From Octopus vulgaris (Eukaryota), in contig OX597817.1 of assembly GCA_951406725.2 (NCBI GenBank), positions 167,958,001-168,022,000 of the forward strand: DNA of 64,000 nt. The letters run 5' to 3'. Position 1 is the stretch's first letter; each line of letters begins with the position of its first letter. Shown piece by piece: positions 13,291 through 27,247 of the stretch. The notes under the pieces are model-generated. The model ran no database searches. It saw only the letters and a program-made list of their open reading frames with translations, and was not told the origin of the DNA. Position numbers and translations under genes: made by a program.

Positions 13291-13345
13291 GTTCCACGGG
13301 GAAAATCTTCACACAAATTACTATAATCATTTTTGTGCGGAGCGA

Positions 13346-14120
13346 ATTGGTAGAATCGTTAGCGCTGGACGAAAGGCTTAGTGGTATTTCGCCCGTCGCT
13401 ACGTTCTGAGTTCAAATTCCGCCGAGGTCGACTTTGCCTTTCATCCTTTCGGAGTCGATGAGATAACTACCCAAAATTTCAAGCCTTGTGCCTACAGTAG
13501 AAAAAGATTATTAGAACTTCTTTGAAGGCAGCGAGCTGGCAGAATCGTTAGCACGCCGGGCGAAATGCTTAGCAGTATTTCGCCTGCCGTTACGTTCTGA
13601 GTTCAAATTCCACCGAGGTCGACTTTGCCTTTCATCTTTTCGGGGTCGATAAATTAAGTACCAGTTACACACTGGGGTCGATGTAATCGTCTTAATTCCT
13701 TTGTCAGTCCTTGTCTGTCCCCTCTATGATTAGCCCCTTGTGGGTAGTAAAGAAATAGGTACTTTGTCTGCTGTTACGTTGTGAGTTCAAATTCCGCCGA
13801 GGTCGACTTTGCCTTTCATCCTTTCGGGGTTGATAAATTAAGTACCAATTATACACTGGGGTCGATGTAATCGTCTTAATTCCTTTGTCAGTCCTTGTCT
13901 GTCCCCTCTATGTTTAGTCCCTTGTGGGCAGTAAAGAAATAAGAATCGTTAGCACCTCGGCCGAAATGCTAAACGACGTTTAGCCGTCTTTACATTCCGA
14001 GTTCGAATTCCGCTGAGGTCAACTTTGCTTTTCCTCTTTTCGGGGTCGGGGAAATGAATACCAGTTGCACAATAGAGGCGATGTAATCGACAAGTAAACT
14101 CCCACCAAATTTCGGGCCTT
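13346..14120 (+). mobile_element. Cluster of SINE family C (Deu/Nin-like domain), including a tandem dimer
   Basis: gagttcaaattcc B-box, then gaggtcgactttgcctttcatcctttcggggtcgataaa..agtacc resembling the Deu/Nin domain. Confidence 0.8.
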
Positions 14121-14562
14121 GTGCCTATAGTAGAAAGGGTTAGTGCAACTAGTGTTCTACAACTAACCATGGCCAACTGAGGTAACCACCTCGACTAATG
14201 TACCCCCACTACCACCATCATCATCGCGAAATCCTGTATTAAGCACTTTACCCAATCTTTACTCATCTGATCTGTAGCAACACTCAGGTCAACCCTATCT
14301 CAGCAGACGTCTGATCAAAGGCATTTCAGCCACGACTATCACGTGTTTACAATGGATGAGTCGCAGGGGGGAACCAGGTCCCCATTATTATTTAATCTGC
14401 CTTCTTTTTACAACGGTAGGGTGCAGGGTGTGATTTGCGGACGACCTGGCTGCTATTTCTGGCTGGTCGTGGGACAACGTAAGTGTTCCGTTGCTGGTTG
14501 AACAACTGTATACAGAAGGACGTTCATTGTGACCTCAAGCAAACCAAAGCCGTTCCAACTAT

Positions 14563-14910
14563 ACTCTTTACTCTTTTACTCTTTTACTTGTTTCAGTCAT
14601 TTGACTGCGGCCATGCTGGAGCACCGCCTTTAATCGAGCAACTCGACCCCGGGACTCATTCTTTTTGTAAGCCCAGTACTTATTCTATCGGTCTCTTTTG
14701 CCGAACCGCTAAGTAACGGGGACATAAACACACCAGCATCGGTTGTCAAGCAATGCTAGGAGGACAAACACACTCACACATATATATATATATACATATA
14801 TACGACGGGCTTCTTTCAGTTTCCGTCTACCAAATCCACTCTCAAGGCATTGGTCGGCCCGGGGCTATAGCAGAAGACACTTACCACACAGCTACTTACC
14901 ACACAGCCAC
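14563..14910 (-). mobile_element. SINE family A
   Basis: Same consensus with a deletion in the head. Confidence 0.88.
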
Positions 14911-15462
14911 CCTCCTCTCTTTTAACACAGTCTATTAAGGACTACATTATCTGATATCTTTCATTTTTTAAAGACAGTGGAGGAGGAAGAGACTCCCTTC
15001 GGTCATGAATGACCATGGGATTGCACCTAGAAAGTTACCCTCCCAGGCACAAGTCTGGACAAGGTTGTTTGTGGAAGGCCAGCAGTCGCCCATGCATACC
15101 AGTGTTATCCAAGGGAAAGGCAAAGGCCGATACAGCTTGGCACCAGTGACGTCACTGGAGCAACGTGAAATAAAGAATCTTACTCAAGAGCACAACACGC
15201 CGCCCGGTCCGGGATTCGAGCTCACAATGTCACGATCGTAAGCTCGACGCTCCAACCACTGATCCATGCGCCTTCACTTTTAAAGACAGTAGAGTATGAT
15301 TTTGGGAAGATTCGGTTTCTTCCTCTCACAAATCGAGCGATTAAGGGTTACTTTTGATTAAGGGTTACTTTTGATGTTTATTCCCAAGTCAGCTGTGATT
15401 GAGCAGATCTTATAATAAAGAGCAAACCAAGAAACTACGGTGTCAAATTTTAAAAAACCTTT

Positions 15463-15855
15463 GGTTCTTTTCGGTTTGAACGGCAGTTTTTTCTAGCGGT
15501 GTCATATGAAATTGTCACCCATAATTATGACCCTAGTATCGATCTATTGCATTTCAATCTATTTTAGGGTTAGGGTTAGGGTTAGGGTGGGGGGAAGGGT
15601 ATCTTTTTTTCTTAAACGAGGGACATATTCATACGGCACAGAATGGTTTTTACCTCAATAGACGTCAGTGATTGGTTGAAATTGCAGAAATTGAAGAAAA
15701 AAAAAGACAAATATCTTACAAACTATAGAGTTTTCTCAATAAAGCCAAGAGAAAAAGATGTTTTATAATCACATTCTACCCAGTATACGAAGTTTAAAAG
15801 TGTTTAGTTACGTGGAAATTATTTTAAAAAACTGCCGGTCAAACCGAAAAGATCC
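15463..15855. mobile_element. MITE with ~30-bp TIRs, 8-bp TSD and internal (TTAGGG)4; possibly Merlin-type
   Basis: TIRs ggttcttttcggtttgaacggcagtttttt / aaaaaactgccggtcaaaccgaaaagatcc. TSD aaaccttt at 15455-15462 and 15856-15863. GG termini. Confidence 0.85.
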
Positions 15856-16212
15856 AAACCTTTTCTTGACCATATATGGACGGTAGAATGTAGTTTGAGG
15901 AAAATTTGGGAGCTGTTTCTAGCAGATCTAGTGACTTCACACAGGCTCTTTTGTTGGATTGTGTGCTTGTCTTCTGTTCCATTCATCAAAGACAGACAGA
16001 CAGCACCAGGTGGATATACTTGACTTCTAGGGATGCCAGCTTTAGACAGACACACATATGCTTTCGGTTATATTTAGATCGGTTCTGCACCCATCACAAA
16101 AATACCCACACAGGATGAACAAGGAGGGGGAAGAAAGTGTGTAAGATATATAGAGCAATACTGAAAGCTAAAACTAGGTCTTAAATATTTCAGACTGACC
16201 CTGTAAAACAAG

Positions 16213-16450
16213 TGACCTTTGACCGGCTTGATAACTGATTATTGCTTAACGCCCAGATACCAGAGTTGTATTATCTTTGCTTATCTCTAAAACTGGAGAC
16301 TTCTGTGCAACATAGTCTTAGACGGCAAAAAAAGGTGCACAACAGACACTGCCTCCCCCGCCTCTCTCTCCCTCCCTCTTTCCCATACAGACGCGCGCGC
16401 GCACGAGTACGGAAGCTTCAGCGTAAACAGCAACGCGGACTGATAAACAG
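16213..16450. promoter_or_regulatory. Possible cis-regulatory island (DR1, GATA, forkhead motifs, CpG-rich)
   Basis: TGACCTTTGACC at 16213-16224, TGATAA/TTATC sites, GTAAACA and a cgcgcgcgcg run. Confidence 0.25.
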
Positions 16451-16454
16451 CCAT

Positions 16455-16511
16455 GATATGAATGGGTGTATATATCTGTATCCATAGTTATATAAATATA
16501 TGTATACACAC

Positions 16512-16566
<55 letters not shown>

Positions 16567-16575
16567 ATAGATATA

Positions 16576-16622
<47 letters not shown>

Positions 16623-16726
16623 ATGTGTGTGTATGTGTGTGTGTGTGTATAGATATATATGTATACATATACAATGAATGGGTGTATATATCTGTATCCA
16701 TAGTTATATAAATATATGTATGTATA

Positions 16727-16777
<51 letters not shown>

Positions 16778-16970
16778 GTGTGTGTGTGTGTGTGTGGATA
16801 GATATATATATATATACATATACACACATACATACATACATACATACATACATACATACATACATACATACATACATACATACATACATACATACATACA
16901 TACATACATACATACATACACACATACATACATACATACATACATACATACATACATACATACATACATA
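16455..16970. repeat. Compound (TA)n/(TG)n/(TACA)n with a duplicated ~42-bp spacer
   Basis: tgaatgggtgtatatatctgtatccatagttatataaatata at ~16459 and ~16675. Confidence 0.93.
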
Positions 16971-17158
16971 AGCATGTCTAGACATGCAACTATGATAAAT
17001 GCATAAGAATGCACACAGAACAAAAGCATTCAAATCTGCACATAGAAATACATACAAAAATACTCTGTTGATGTTGACATTCCAATGAAGGGTTTGGGTT
17101 AGGTTAGAAACCTATCCTTTCTCTATTGGCAAGAAATCTTGAAATTAAACTGAATAAT

Positions 17159-17193
<35 letters not shown>

Positions 17194-17268
17194 GTACAAA
17201 AATTGTTACATGGAAGGTGGTTACAAGCCATTTAAAAACACACAAAAAAAAAAACGTTAGATTCACTT

Positions 17269-17692
17269 ACTCTCTCTTTTACTCTTTTACTTGTTTCAGT
17301 CATTTGACTGCGGCCATGCTGGAGCACCGCCTTTTAATCGAGCAAATCGACCCCCGGGACTCATTCTTTTTGTAAGCCCAGTACTTATTCTATCGGTCTC
17401 TTTTGCCGAACCGCTAAGTTACGGGGACGTAAACACACCAGCATCGGTTGTCAAGCAATGCTAGGGGGACAAACACAGACACACAAACACAAACACACAC
17501 ATACATATACATATATATACATATATATACGACAGGCTTCTTTCAGTTTCCGTCGACCAAATCCACTCACAAGGCATTGGTCGGCCCGGGGCTATAGCAG
17601 AAGACACTTGCCCAAGATTCCACGCAGTGGGACTGAACCCGGAACCATGTGGTTGGTAAGCAAGCTACCTACCACACAGCCACTCCTGCGCC
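17269..17692 (-). mobile_element. SINE family A inserted into a palindrome arm
   Basis: Full-length copy. Confidence 0.9.
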
Positions 17693-17713
17693 TTAAACAT
17701 TTTAATTTAATGG

Positions 17714-17758
17714 GTCAAAATATTTTCATCGCTTTGAAACCGTGATCTGTTCACTGAC
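17714..17758 (-). ncRNA. Putative minimal hammerhead ribozyme, G3-C8 core variant
   Basis: GTCA GTGAACA gATCAC ggtttcaaa GCGAT GAAA ATAT TT^ TGAC. Mirror copy on + at 17787-17831 has stem II GTCGT/GCGAC. Confidence 0.5.
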
Positions 17759-18559
17759 AAAACTTCGTGCTGCATCGCGAAGATTTATCAGTGAATAGGT
17801 CGTGGGTTCAAAGCGACGAAAATATTTTAACACAGATTAAATTTAAATGTTGAAATTAATCTAACGGTTTTTTTTTTGCGTGTTTTTTAAATGGCTTATA
17901 AACACCTTCCACGCTGCAATTATTTTCATTTCAGCACACGATCTCAGATCAAGTCTCTTGCTATGCAAGTACATCTCCGTAATATATATATATATATAAC
18001 TTACAAAATAAGGGCAAAAGAAAAATTCGAATGCCAAATATGCCGAAAAAAAGACAAAATTGTCAATAACCATTATAATTTATGCGTCTCGAAACAAGCC
18101 GATAGAAATTTCTAAAAAATCCGTAATTACCGTATTGGTCCCAATTTTTCTTTTGCCCTTATTTTATAAGTTATTTATAAATTTAACCTTTAAAGGTATT
18201 TTTTGATATGCTGGCCATTGATAAAATTTTTTTTCGAAAAAAATTTTTATCCTACATTAGTTGTATATATATATATATAGTTATATCTGGGGCCGACCAA
18301 AGCTTTGTGAGTGGATTTGGTAGACGGAAACTGAAAGAAACCCGCCATATACGTATATTTATGTGTGTTTTTGTGTCTATGGTTGTCTTCCAACGATCGC
18401 TTGACAACCGATGTCGCTGTGTTTACGTCCCCGTAACTATCGGCAAAAGCGACCAATAGAATAAGTACGAAGAATAAGTCATAGGGTCGATGTCTTCGAC
18501 TAAAACCCTTTAAGGCCGTGCTCCAGCATGGCCGCAGTCAAATGACTAAAACAAATAAA

Positions 18560-18806
18560 AGACTATATATATATATATTTCTTTATTGCCCACAAGGGGC
18601 TAAACATAGAGGGGACAAACAAGGACAGACAAAGGGATTAAGTCGATTACATCGACCCCAGTGCGCAACTGGTACTTTATTTATCGACCCCGAAAAGATG
18701 AAAGGCAAAGTTGACCTCGGCGGAATTTGAACTCACAACGTAACGACAGACGAAATACCGCTACGCATTTCGCCCGGCGTTCTAACGTTTCTGCCAGCTC
18801 GCCGCC
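18560..18806 (-). mobile_element. SINE family C monomer (other copies at ~5960-6855, 22225, 33687, 40672, 46720, 52408, 52876, 58862, 60983)
   Basis: Head ggcggcgagctggcagaaacgttag, tail gggcaataaagaaat. Confidence 0.85.
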
Positions 18807-18816
18807 TTTTTATATA

Positions 18817-18847
<31 letters not shown>

Positions 18848-19828
18848 GTTTGTGTGTGTGTGTGTATATAATATGTGTGTGTGTCCTGTTATTTAATTAA
18901 TGGATCAGCGACTTGACGGAAGCTACTCTATTCTGCTTGCAGTCCTAGATAATCTACGGATGCTAAAGAAATGTGTCTCGGTTACTTTTAAAAGGTTTCA
19001 ACACTTTGGGAAGCAGTAAAAGTAGGCGCCAGCACACTTTGCGGAGGAGGCCAAGAAATTTTAGTGAAAATCGCATTCGAAGTAATAAGACGAAAATCCT
19101 CTTAATAACCAATGTCAAGGACGATAAATCGAAGAATTTAAATGAATTAGAATTAAAAACGGATTATAGTTGGGAATGAGGCTGGTCTTAGAAGCATGAA
19201 GACAACTCCATATATGTTTCGGTTTTATTGGACCACATCGACAGGGCATAATTTTACCGTTACTACAAGATTATGTATCAGGGATTACAAAAATTGGGGT
19301 AACTGTGCCCACAGGACTAAATTTTTGCTTACCCAGGGGGCAAATTCGTTGCTTCTGGATTTATAAACACACACACACGCACACACTCTCTCTCTATCTC
19401 TTTCACACTTACACACATAAAATTTTTCATTCATTACGTATACACACAATTATGAAATTATACGTTTGACGCTGTTTATCTTAATGAAACAGCTGTTGAG
19501 CACAAGGAAATTATGAACTCCATGTGAAATTTATGCTTTTCTGCGTCTATGCAAAACGTGTTACATATCGTTTTAGCCCATTATATATATACACGCAAGT
19601 TGGTACCGCTTCAATTTATTGCAATGTAATAGCATGTTAGAGTCTAACAATCTTATTAATTGAGTTGCCCGAAATGGTCGTGACTTCTGGGACTTGATTG
19701 AGGAAAGAAAGCTAAGAATGACTCGTCTTTTTTTGCCTGTCCATCTGATTGTTGTCCGTCTTATCCGCCTTTGTATCGTCTTTCTGTCCGAACGTTTTAA
19801 TGCCACCTATTGCGTTTGCGTTTTTGTC

Positions 19829-19892
<64 letters not shown>

Positions 19893-20018
19893 ATAAGCAC
19901 ATAAATGCGAAACAAGGCGGAAAGAATAGTACTCGAATACCGGAGGCAGAGTAATATGCTTTATTAAAAAAGCACCAAAGACATCACAAAGACTGTTACT
20001 CAGAGATTCACACACACA

Positions 20019-20078
<60 letters not shown>

Positions 20079-20225
20079 TGGCTATGTGGTAAGAAGCTTG
20101 CTTCCCAACTACATGGTTCGGGTTCAGTCCCACTGCGTGGCACCGAGGGCATGTGTCTTCTACTATAGCCTCGGGACGATCAAATCTTTGTGACTGGATT
20201 TCATTGATGGAAACTGAAAGAAGCC

Positions 20226-20302
<77 letters not shown>

Positions 20303-20315
20303 TACATATATATAT

Positions 20316-21120
20316 AGTGAAAATTTACTAAAAAAGCACAAGACGAACGGGTGTGTAAACAACAAACAGATGTGTTAGTTTAACGCTCGGGAAGTGAGAA
20401 AGTCTTTTACGTTTCGAGCCTACGCTCTTCGACAGAAAAGAACACAGAAATAAACAAGGAGAGAAAATAGAAAAAGGTTTAGTGGTTAGCGATCTATCAT
20501 GGCGAATGTCATGCAGAGGGTCACACACGAGAGCTAGAAACAGGGGGAGATAATAAAGTAGTGGTGATCCCAAAACGAAGGTGCGCGTGCGTGTGTATGT
20601 GAGAGCGTGTATCTGTGTGTGGAAGGGGCTGGTGACATTGACGTGTGCGTGTGTGCAAGTGTAGGTGTGTGGATGATAGTGTAGGTGCCGGGAAGTGGTC
20701 AGTGCTAGTGAGTACAGGGTGGTGTGATGTGATGCTGTGTGGTATGGTGGTGAGTGGTGTGGGGGTGTGGGGGAGGCGGGAGTGTGGGAAGCAAGGGTGG
20801 GTCTAAGGGATGGGGTTGGGGTGGGATGGGATGTATAGGGATAGTGGGGTTGGAATGTGTAGGTGTGGGTAACGAGGGAAGAGGTGACGATGAAGGGAGA
20901 GGGTTGAAGGAGGAAGGTGGGTAGGAGTGAAGAGAGGAAGTAGGTGCCAGAGCAAGAGAGGAGAAATGGGTGGGAGGAAGTGGGTGTGAGAGAAGAGAGG
21001 AGGGGGTTAAATGAAAAGGGGAGGAGAGTTGAGCCTATGTAGCGCAAAGGAGCGAAGAGAGAAGATTAATCCTTGCTCACGGCGAAGACGGGAGACCGGA
21101 TGGCCCCTGTGCAAGGACAA
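20316..21120 (-). mobile_element. 3' end of a Penelope-like element: GIY-YIG endonuclease C-terminus, CT/CA-rich spacer, pLTR with hammerhead motif
   Basis: About 21120->21028 reads LSLHRGHPVSRLRREQGLIFSLRSFALHRLN, like the PLE RE..LIF.L....P.GLN motif. Hammerhead-like motif at 20403-20440. Abuts (TA)n. Confidence 0.7.
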
Positions 21121-21445
21121 TTTGAGAGGGAATGGCGCGAGACCGGGGTGGTAAGAAGCTTGCTTCCAGGTTCAGTCCCACTGCGTGGCACGTTGGGCAA
21201 ATGTCTTCCATTGTGAGTAGATTTGGTAGTCGGAAACTGAAAGAATCCCGTTGTATATGTGTATATATATATTTGCGCAAGCGTGTGCATCTGTCTGTCT
21301 TTGTGTCTGTGTTTGTCCTCTATCATCGCTTTACAACGGGTGTTGGTACGTTTACGTCCCTGTAACTCAGCAGTTCGGTATAAAGATCGATGGAATAAGT
21401 AGCTGGCTTTAAAATGTATATATATATATATATATATATATACAT

Positions 21446-21492
<47 letters not shown>

Positions 21493-23868
21493 TATAGGGA
21501 TCGATTCATTCTTCAAGACGGTTTCCCCGCATGGCCGCCGTCTAATGATTGAAACAAGTGAAAAGGAAATAAAATGAAAAAAAATTACACAAATATACAC
21601 AAGCACACACACACACGCACCCCCACCCCCCACACACACACACCCTCATCCCCCCACACACACCCAAGTACACCCACACATACATGTACGTAGGTGTGTG
21701 GGTGTGTGTACGATAATTTTAAAGTATTTGAAAAGCGTTGAGAAATCTGAAGTAGGACGATTTTATGAACAAATATTGTTTGTTTTTTTCTGTTTTTTTC
21801 TGGTTTTTTGCTGTTTTTTTCTCTCTCTTCCTCTTCCTACTACTTTAGATTTAACGATCTGAATTATATATTTCTTAACAACTGTGTTGCTAATGGAGTA
21901 ATCTAATTGAGAAAATGTGCTTCGTTCTGATATATTTTTTTTTTATCTCTTAACTTTTTTACTCGTTTCAATCATTGGACTACAACCACCATACTGGGGC
22001 GCCGCCTGGAAGAAGTTTTCAGTCGAAGGAATCGACCCCAGAACTTCTTTTTTTTTTAATGGCTGATATTTATTCTATTGATCTCTTTTGTCAAACTGCT
22101 AAGTTAGGAGGACATAAACAAGCCACTATCGGTTGTCGAGCGGAGGTAGAAGACACACACACACACACACCACACACATACACATGTGCGCGCGCACACA
22201 CACACACCACACACACAATCACTGTCTGTCCTTGTTTGTCCTCTCTGTGTTTAGCCCCTTGTGGGTAGTAAAGAAATAGGTATTTCGTCTGCCGTTACGT
22301 TCTGAGTTCATATTCCACCGAGATCGACTTTGCCTTTCATCCATTTGGGGTCGATTAAATAAGTACCAGTTACGCACTGGGGTCGATATAAACGACTTAA
22401 TCCGTTTGTCTGTCCTTGTTTGCCCCCTCTGTTTTTTCCCCTTGTGGGCAATAAAGAAATGAGAAGTGTAAACTCAATTTACTGAAACTGGGTGCATAGG
22501 GGAGTAAATTAATTTTCTGTACATTGCCAAGAATATCAACTTTACCTTCCATTCTTTCGGGGTCGATGAAATAAGTACCACCGGAACACAGGTTGATGCA
22601 GTCGATTTGCCCTATCCCTCGAAATTGCTGGCCTTGTGCCAAAATTTGAAATTAGGATGTTGCCTGGGAGGTAAGGCGGTAAGCAGACTGAATTTTTAGC
22701 ACTTCGGAAAAAAAATGCTCAGCGGTATTTCTTCCGACCTTGCGCTCTGAGTTCAAATGCCACCAAGTTCAACTTTGCTTTTCGTCCTTTCAAAGTCGAT
22801 AAAATAAGTATCAGTCGAACACTGTGGTTGATTTAATCAATTTTCCCCCTCCCTGATATTGCTGGCTTTGTGCCATAATTTGAAACCAAAACGTTAAACG
22901 GGAAGCAAATGGAAGGAAAGACATAGTGAACCACTGATTTGGAACTATTGGAGAAGTATTTAGGATTTTAGTAAAAGACTTTGAATGATCCAATGATTTT
23001 GAAAAATGAATAAAACGATAGGGAGGAATACTCAAGTACGCCTGCTGCATAAGAAACAAATAGCAAAGCGGAAGATTATACATAATTTAGTGAGTCAAGA
23101 CATTTTAATAATCTAAAATTACACCGTTACTGGTGAAGAAAAAGTAATCTCAATAGTATATTCTGGTCAAGAAAATCAGAGGAGAAAACTATATTTAAAT
23201 TAAACATCTGAGAATAGAGAGATAGAGAGAGAATACAGGATTTTAGTGAATGGACACCGGGGACGAGGGCTTAATAACTGAGATAATAGGTTGCTGATGC
23301 CTGAGTTTAAGTTTGTGGAAGTGAGTACTGATATCTGATAGTATCTCTGAATCATCTTGTTCACTGTTTTTTGTTTGTCAAAGCTCCAAGCAACAAATTC
23401 GGGAATATTTTATTCACAAAGACAGAAGGGGTCTAGTATACATAGGAGTGCTAAATAGTTTAAGTGAATTTGGTCGTTCGTTTCACGAATATTTGTTGCA
23501 ATATTCCTGTATGTAGGTAAGGTCTGGGCTACTAGAACTCCAATATTGTGAGCAATGGTTCAAAACTCTCAGAACAAAGGATTCCTATGGTGTCTACATC
23601 ACGGTCGGTTTTTTCAGAGTTCTTAAAAATTTTCGTTACCCAGTCATTGAGCTCTTGTCAGGTTGTTAACAGTATGTGGCTATTTTTGAATAAAATTGCT
23701 TTTGCAGACATAATTATGTCCGGGTTACGAACGAATTCAGAGTTTAAAATAATTCCTTTGATTGGAGCAAGGCAGAACATATCATTAGAAAACCTGTATC
23801 CGTAAGAAAACGCATGGAATTTCGTGGGGTTGAATTGTAGTTACCCACCCAGTTGTATAAGGCATTTA

Positions 23869-23908
<40 letters not shown>

Positions 23909-25454
23909 ACACACACACACATACTCATTTTCCTTTGACTTGATTCCCAGAATCAACTTAATGGCGCCTACACAGATGCTGAGTATGGACGATCGTAAAA
24001 TGTATAAATTCGATAATTTTGTCATGTCTTACATCATCATAAAGAACAAAACATGACTTAAAACAGTACTTTGTGATACTCCATTTATTGCTTGAGATCT
24101 TTTCCACATAAGACGTTATTAAACAGATGACAACCCCCACCCCCCAAAAAAAATATTAAATTACGAATGCCACAACTTTATGTTCCGCTAATGTTTCTCT
24201 AATCCGCAATCAAAACAAAAAAACGCTTTGGTGAATCAAGGTATACACAGCGGATAAAATAATTGGAGAGTGAAAGTTCGAAGAGTGAAGATAAGTTACT
24301 ATTCGCGTTAATGACAAAAGTCTGGAAACCCAACTACTGTGTAGGGCTACACTGAACCAGAAGAGATGTTAGGTAGAATGGTCCACGAAGAGGAACTGGC
24401 ATACAACGGGGAAGTCATTACAAAGACGGATGCCCTGTAAGTGTTCAATGAAGGAGTCAGACAAGCACCGTTTAATTTGTCTGATATACAAGGAGTTGAA
24501 GAAGGAGAAAGTTAAATAGTAAATGAAGTTCGAAGAGGAGCAAGTGAAGATATTAGTTAACTGGAAAGAGCAGTGGTTGGTTCCAGTGAGGACAGTGGTG
24601 TTGGAGAAAGAAGAACAGGTATTGGAGCGGAGATAGGCGTAAGAGACAGATCCATGTTGGGTGAGAGTGGTGGAGACGTAGCTCCGAGTGAATAAATTAC
24701 GTAAATCACAGGCGCGTCCAAGTGAGGGGAAGATGGGCTGGAAAAGGTGTGGAAAGTGGTGGGTCCAGATTGAAGCTCCGGAATGCTCGTAGCTACAAAT
24801 ACATCTATATATATATTTATATACCTGTGATGTGTGTGTGTGTGTGTGTGTGTGAGCGCGCGTGAGGATGGTTCCATCTCATTTCACATAAACACTAAGA
24901 TACATTATATGTGTATATCTGTACGTACATGTATTCAAATTTACAGACACATTCATGTGTCTGTATATATGCATTACGTACGTACGTATGTATATATGTA
25001 TGTATGTATGCATGCATGTATGCACGCATATACGTATGTATATGCGAAGGTGTAAGTGCATGCTTTTATATATTGCATTAGTACATATATATACTCTGAA
25101 AGATGTAAACATGTAGACATAGATCTCATTATTCATTTAGGACAAAGCATGTATCTATTAATATTTATGCAAATATGAGAGAGAATCCACTATGTGGACG
25201 CTCTTACGCTAGAAATAGATCCGCAATATTAATATTTATGTATATATAACAGTAAAAATTTCACAGTCTCATGAATGACACTAGCAAAAGAATATACAAA
25301 AATACACAGAATTTTAAGGAAGATGCTTCAAGACATACATATATACACACGTACATATAGACATACACGCGCCACCCCGCACACACGTAAATATACGTTC
25401 TCTCGCATATGAATATATATATGCATTTATGTATGAATTATATGTGTGCGGGTG

Positions 25455-25480
25455 TATGTATATATATATATTCATATATA

Positions 25481-25541
<61 letters not shown>

Positions 25542-25599
25542 TATATATATATATGTATACGTAAGTTCCCTGTTCCTTTGCCATTCATTTTCATATATG

Positions 25600-25669
<70 letters not shown>

Positions 25670-26030
25670 ACGTATGCATAGTTACATATACGTAAGTACA
25701 TATACACACATACATACAAACATGCATACATGCATACATACAAACATGCATACATACATACATACATACATACATACAAACATACATACATACAAACATG
25801 CATACATACACACACATACATACATACATACACACACATACAAACATACATACATACATTCATACATACATACATACATACATACACATACATGCATACA
25901 TACACACACATACATACATACATACATACATACATACATGCATATATACATACATACATAAATACATACATACATACATACATATATAGACATACATACA
26001 TATATACTTATAGACATACATACATATATA

Positions 26031-26073
<43 letters not shown>

Positions 26074-26100
26074 TTATATATATATATATATATATGTAAA
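25455..26100. repeat. Compound (TA)n/(CA)n/(TACA)n
   Basis: Direct reading. Confidence 0.95.
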
Positions 26101-26617
26101 TGTGTATGTGTGTGCATGTTTATGGAGTTATTTTTCCGATGACATAAATTTTTGCGTCCTTAATAATAACAATAACAATAATAAAATACTTTTGCTTCTA
26201 GCTATCGTCAGGTGGACGTTGGAGTTCGTCGTGTTCTTCGAACGTTTTCGCGTTGCACCTGATGATAGCTGTAATCGAAGTTTTATTGGTAAATGGATGG
26301 AATTTGGAAGTCATTGGATGATACGTTGACTCCAGCATCCATAACACAAAACATAAAATGTTTAACCCTACTACATGTTGTCTATTTGTGTTTTGTTTTT
26401 AGATAACAGTTGAATAATATACACACATACATCTTTTTAGATAACAGTTGAATAATATACACACATACATCTAAATATATCTAAATATATATATATATAT
26501 TTAGATGTATGTGTGTATATTATTCAACTGTTATCTAAAAACAAAACAGGAATACACAAATACACAATCATCATCATCATCGTCGTCGTTTAGCGTCCGT
26601 TTTCCACACACACACAC

Positions 26618-26678
<61 letters not shown>

Positions 26679-26680
<2 letters not shown>

Positions 26681-26860
26681 CGGGAAGCTTTATGAAAATA
26701 GACAAAAGACGAAGGCAGGTGGAATACAAACAAACAATTGTATTAGTATGGCGCTCAGGAAATATAAATAAAACAAGTCGTTAACGTTTCGAGCCTACGC
26801 TCTTCAACAGAAAGATACACAGAGAAAAAAACACAGAAAGAAGGAGAGAAAAAAATGATA
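26679..26860 (-). mobile_element. Penelope-like pLTR fragment with hammerhead motif
   Basis: Homologous to 20316-20470. Minus strand reads tcttt CTGTTGA AGAGCGTAGGCTC GAAAC GTT. Abuts (TA)n. Confidence 0.65.
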
Positions 26861-26890
26861 TATATATGTCTATGTATGTATGTATGTATG

Positions 26891-26923
<33 letters not shown>

Positions 26924-27104
26924 GATGACATTTGTGTACGTACATGTTAGTGTATGTATTTCAGGAGTGCTTCCCAACCACATGGTTCTGTGTTCAGTCC
27001 CACTGCCTGGCACCTTGGGCAAGTGTCTTCTACTATAGCCTCAAGCCAATCAAAGCCTTGTGAGTGAGTGGATTTGGTAGACGGGAACTGAATGAAGCCC
27101 GTCG

Positions 27105-27247
<143 letters not shown>

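Larger units (their letters stand above)
17200..17920. repeat. Older fold-back palindrome with its left arm split by a SINE
   Basis: 17210-17268 plus 17693-17768 pair with 17778-17911. Confidence 0.8.

Noticed and set aside
20328-21047. 239-aa Pro/His/Thr-rich ORF
   Set aside because: It lies in the low-complexity spacer of a Penelope-like 3' end and has a non-ATG start.
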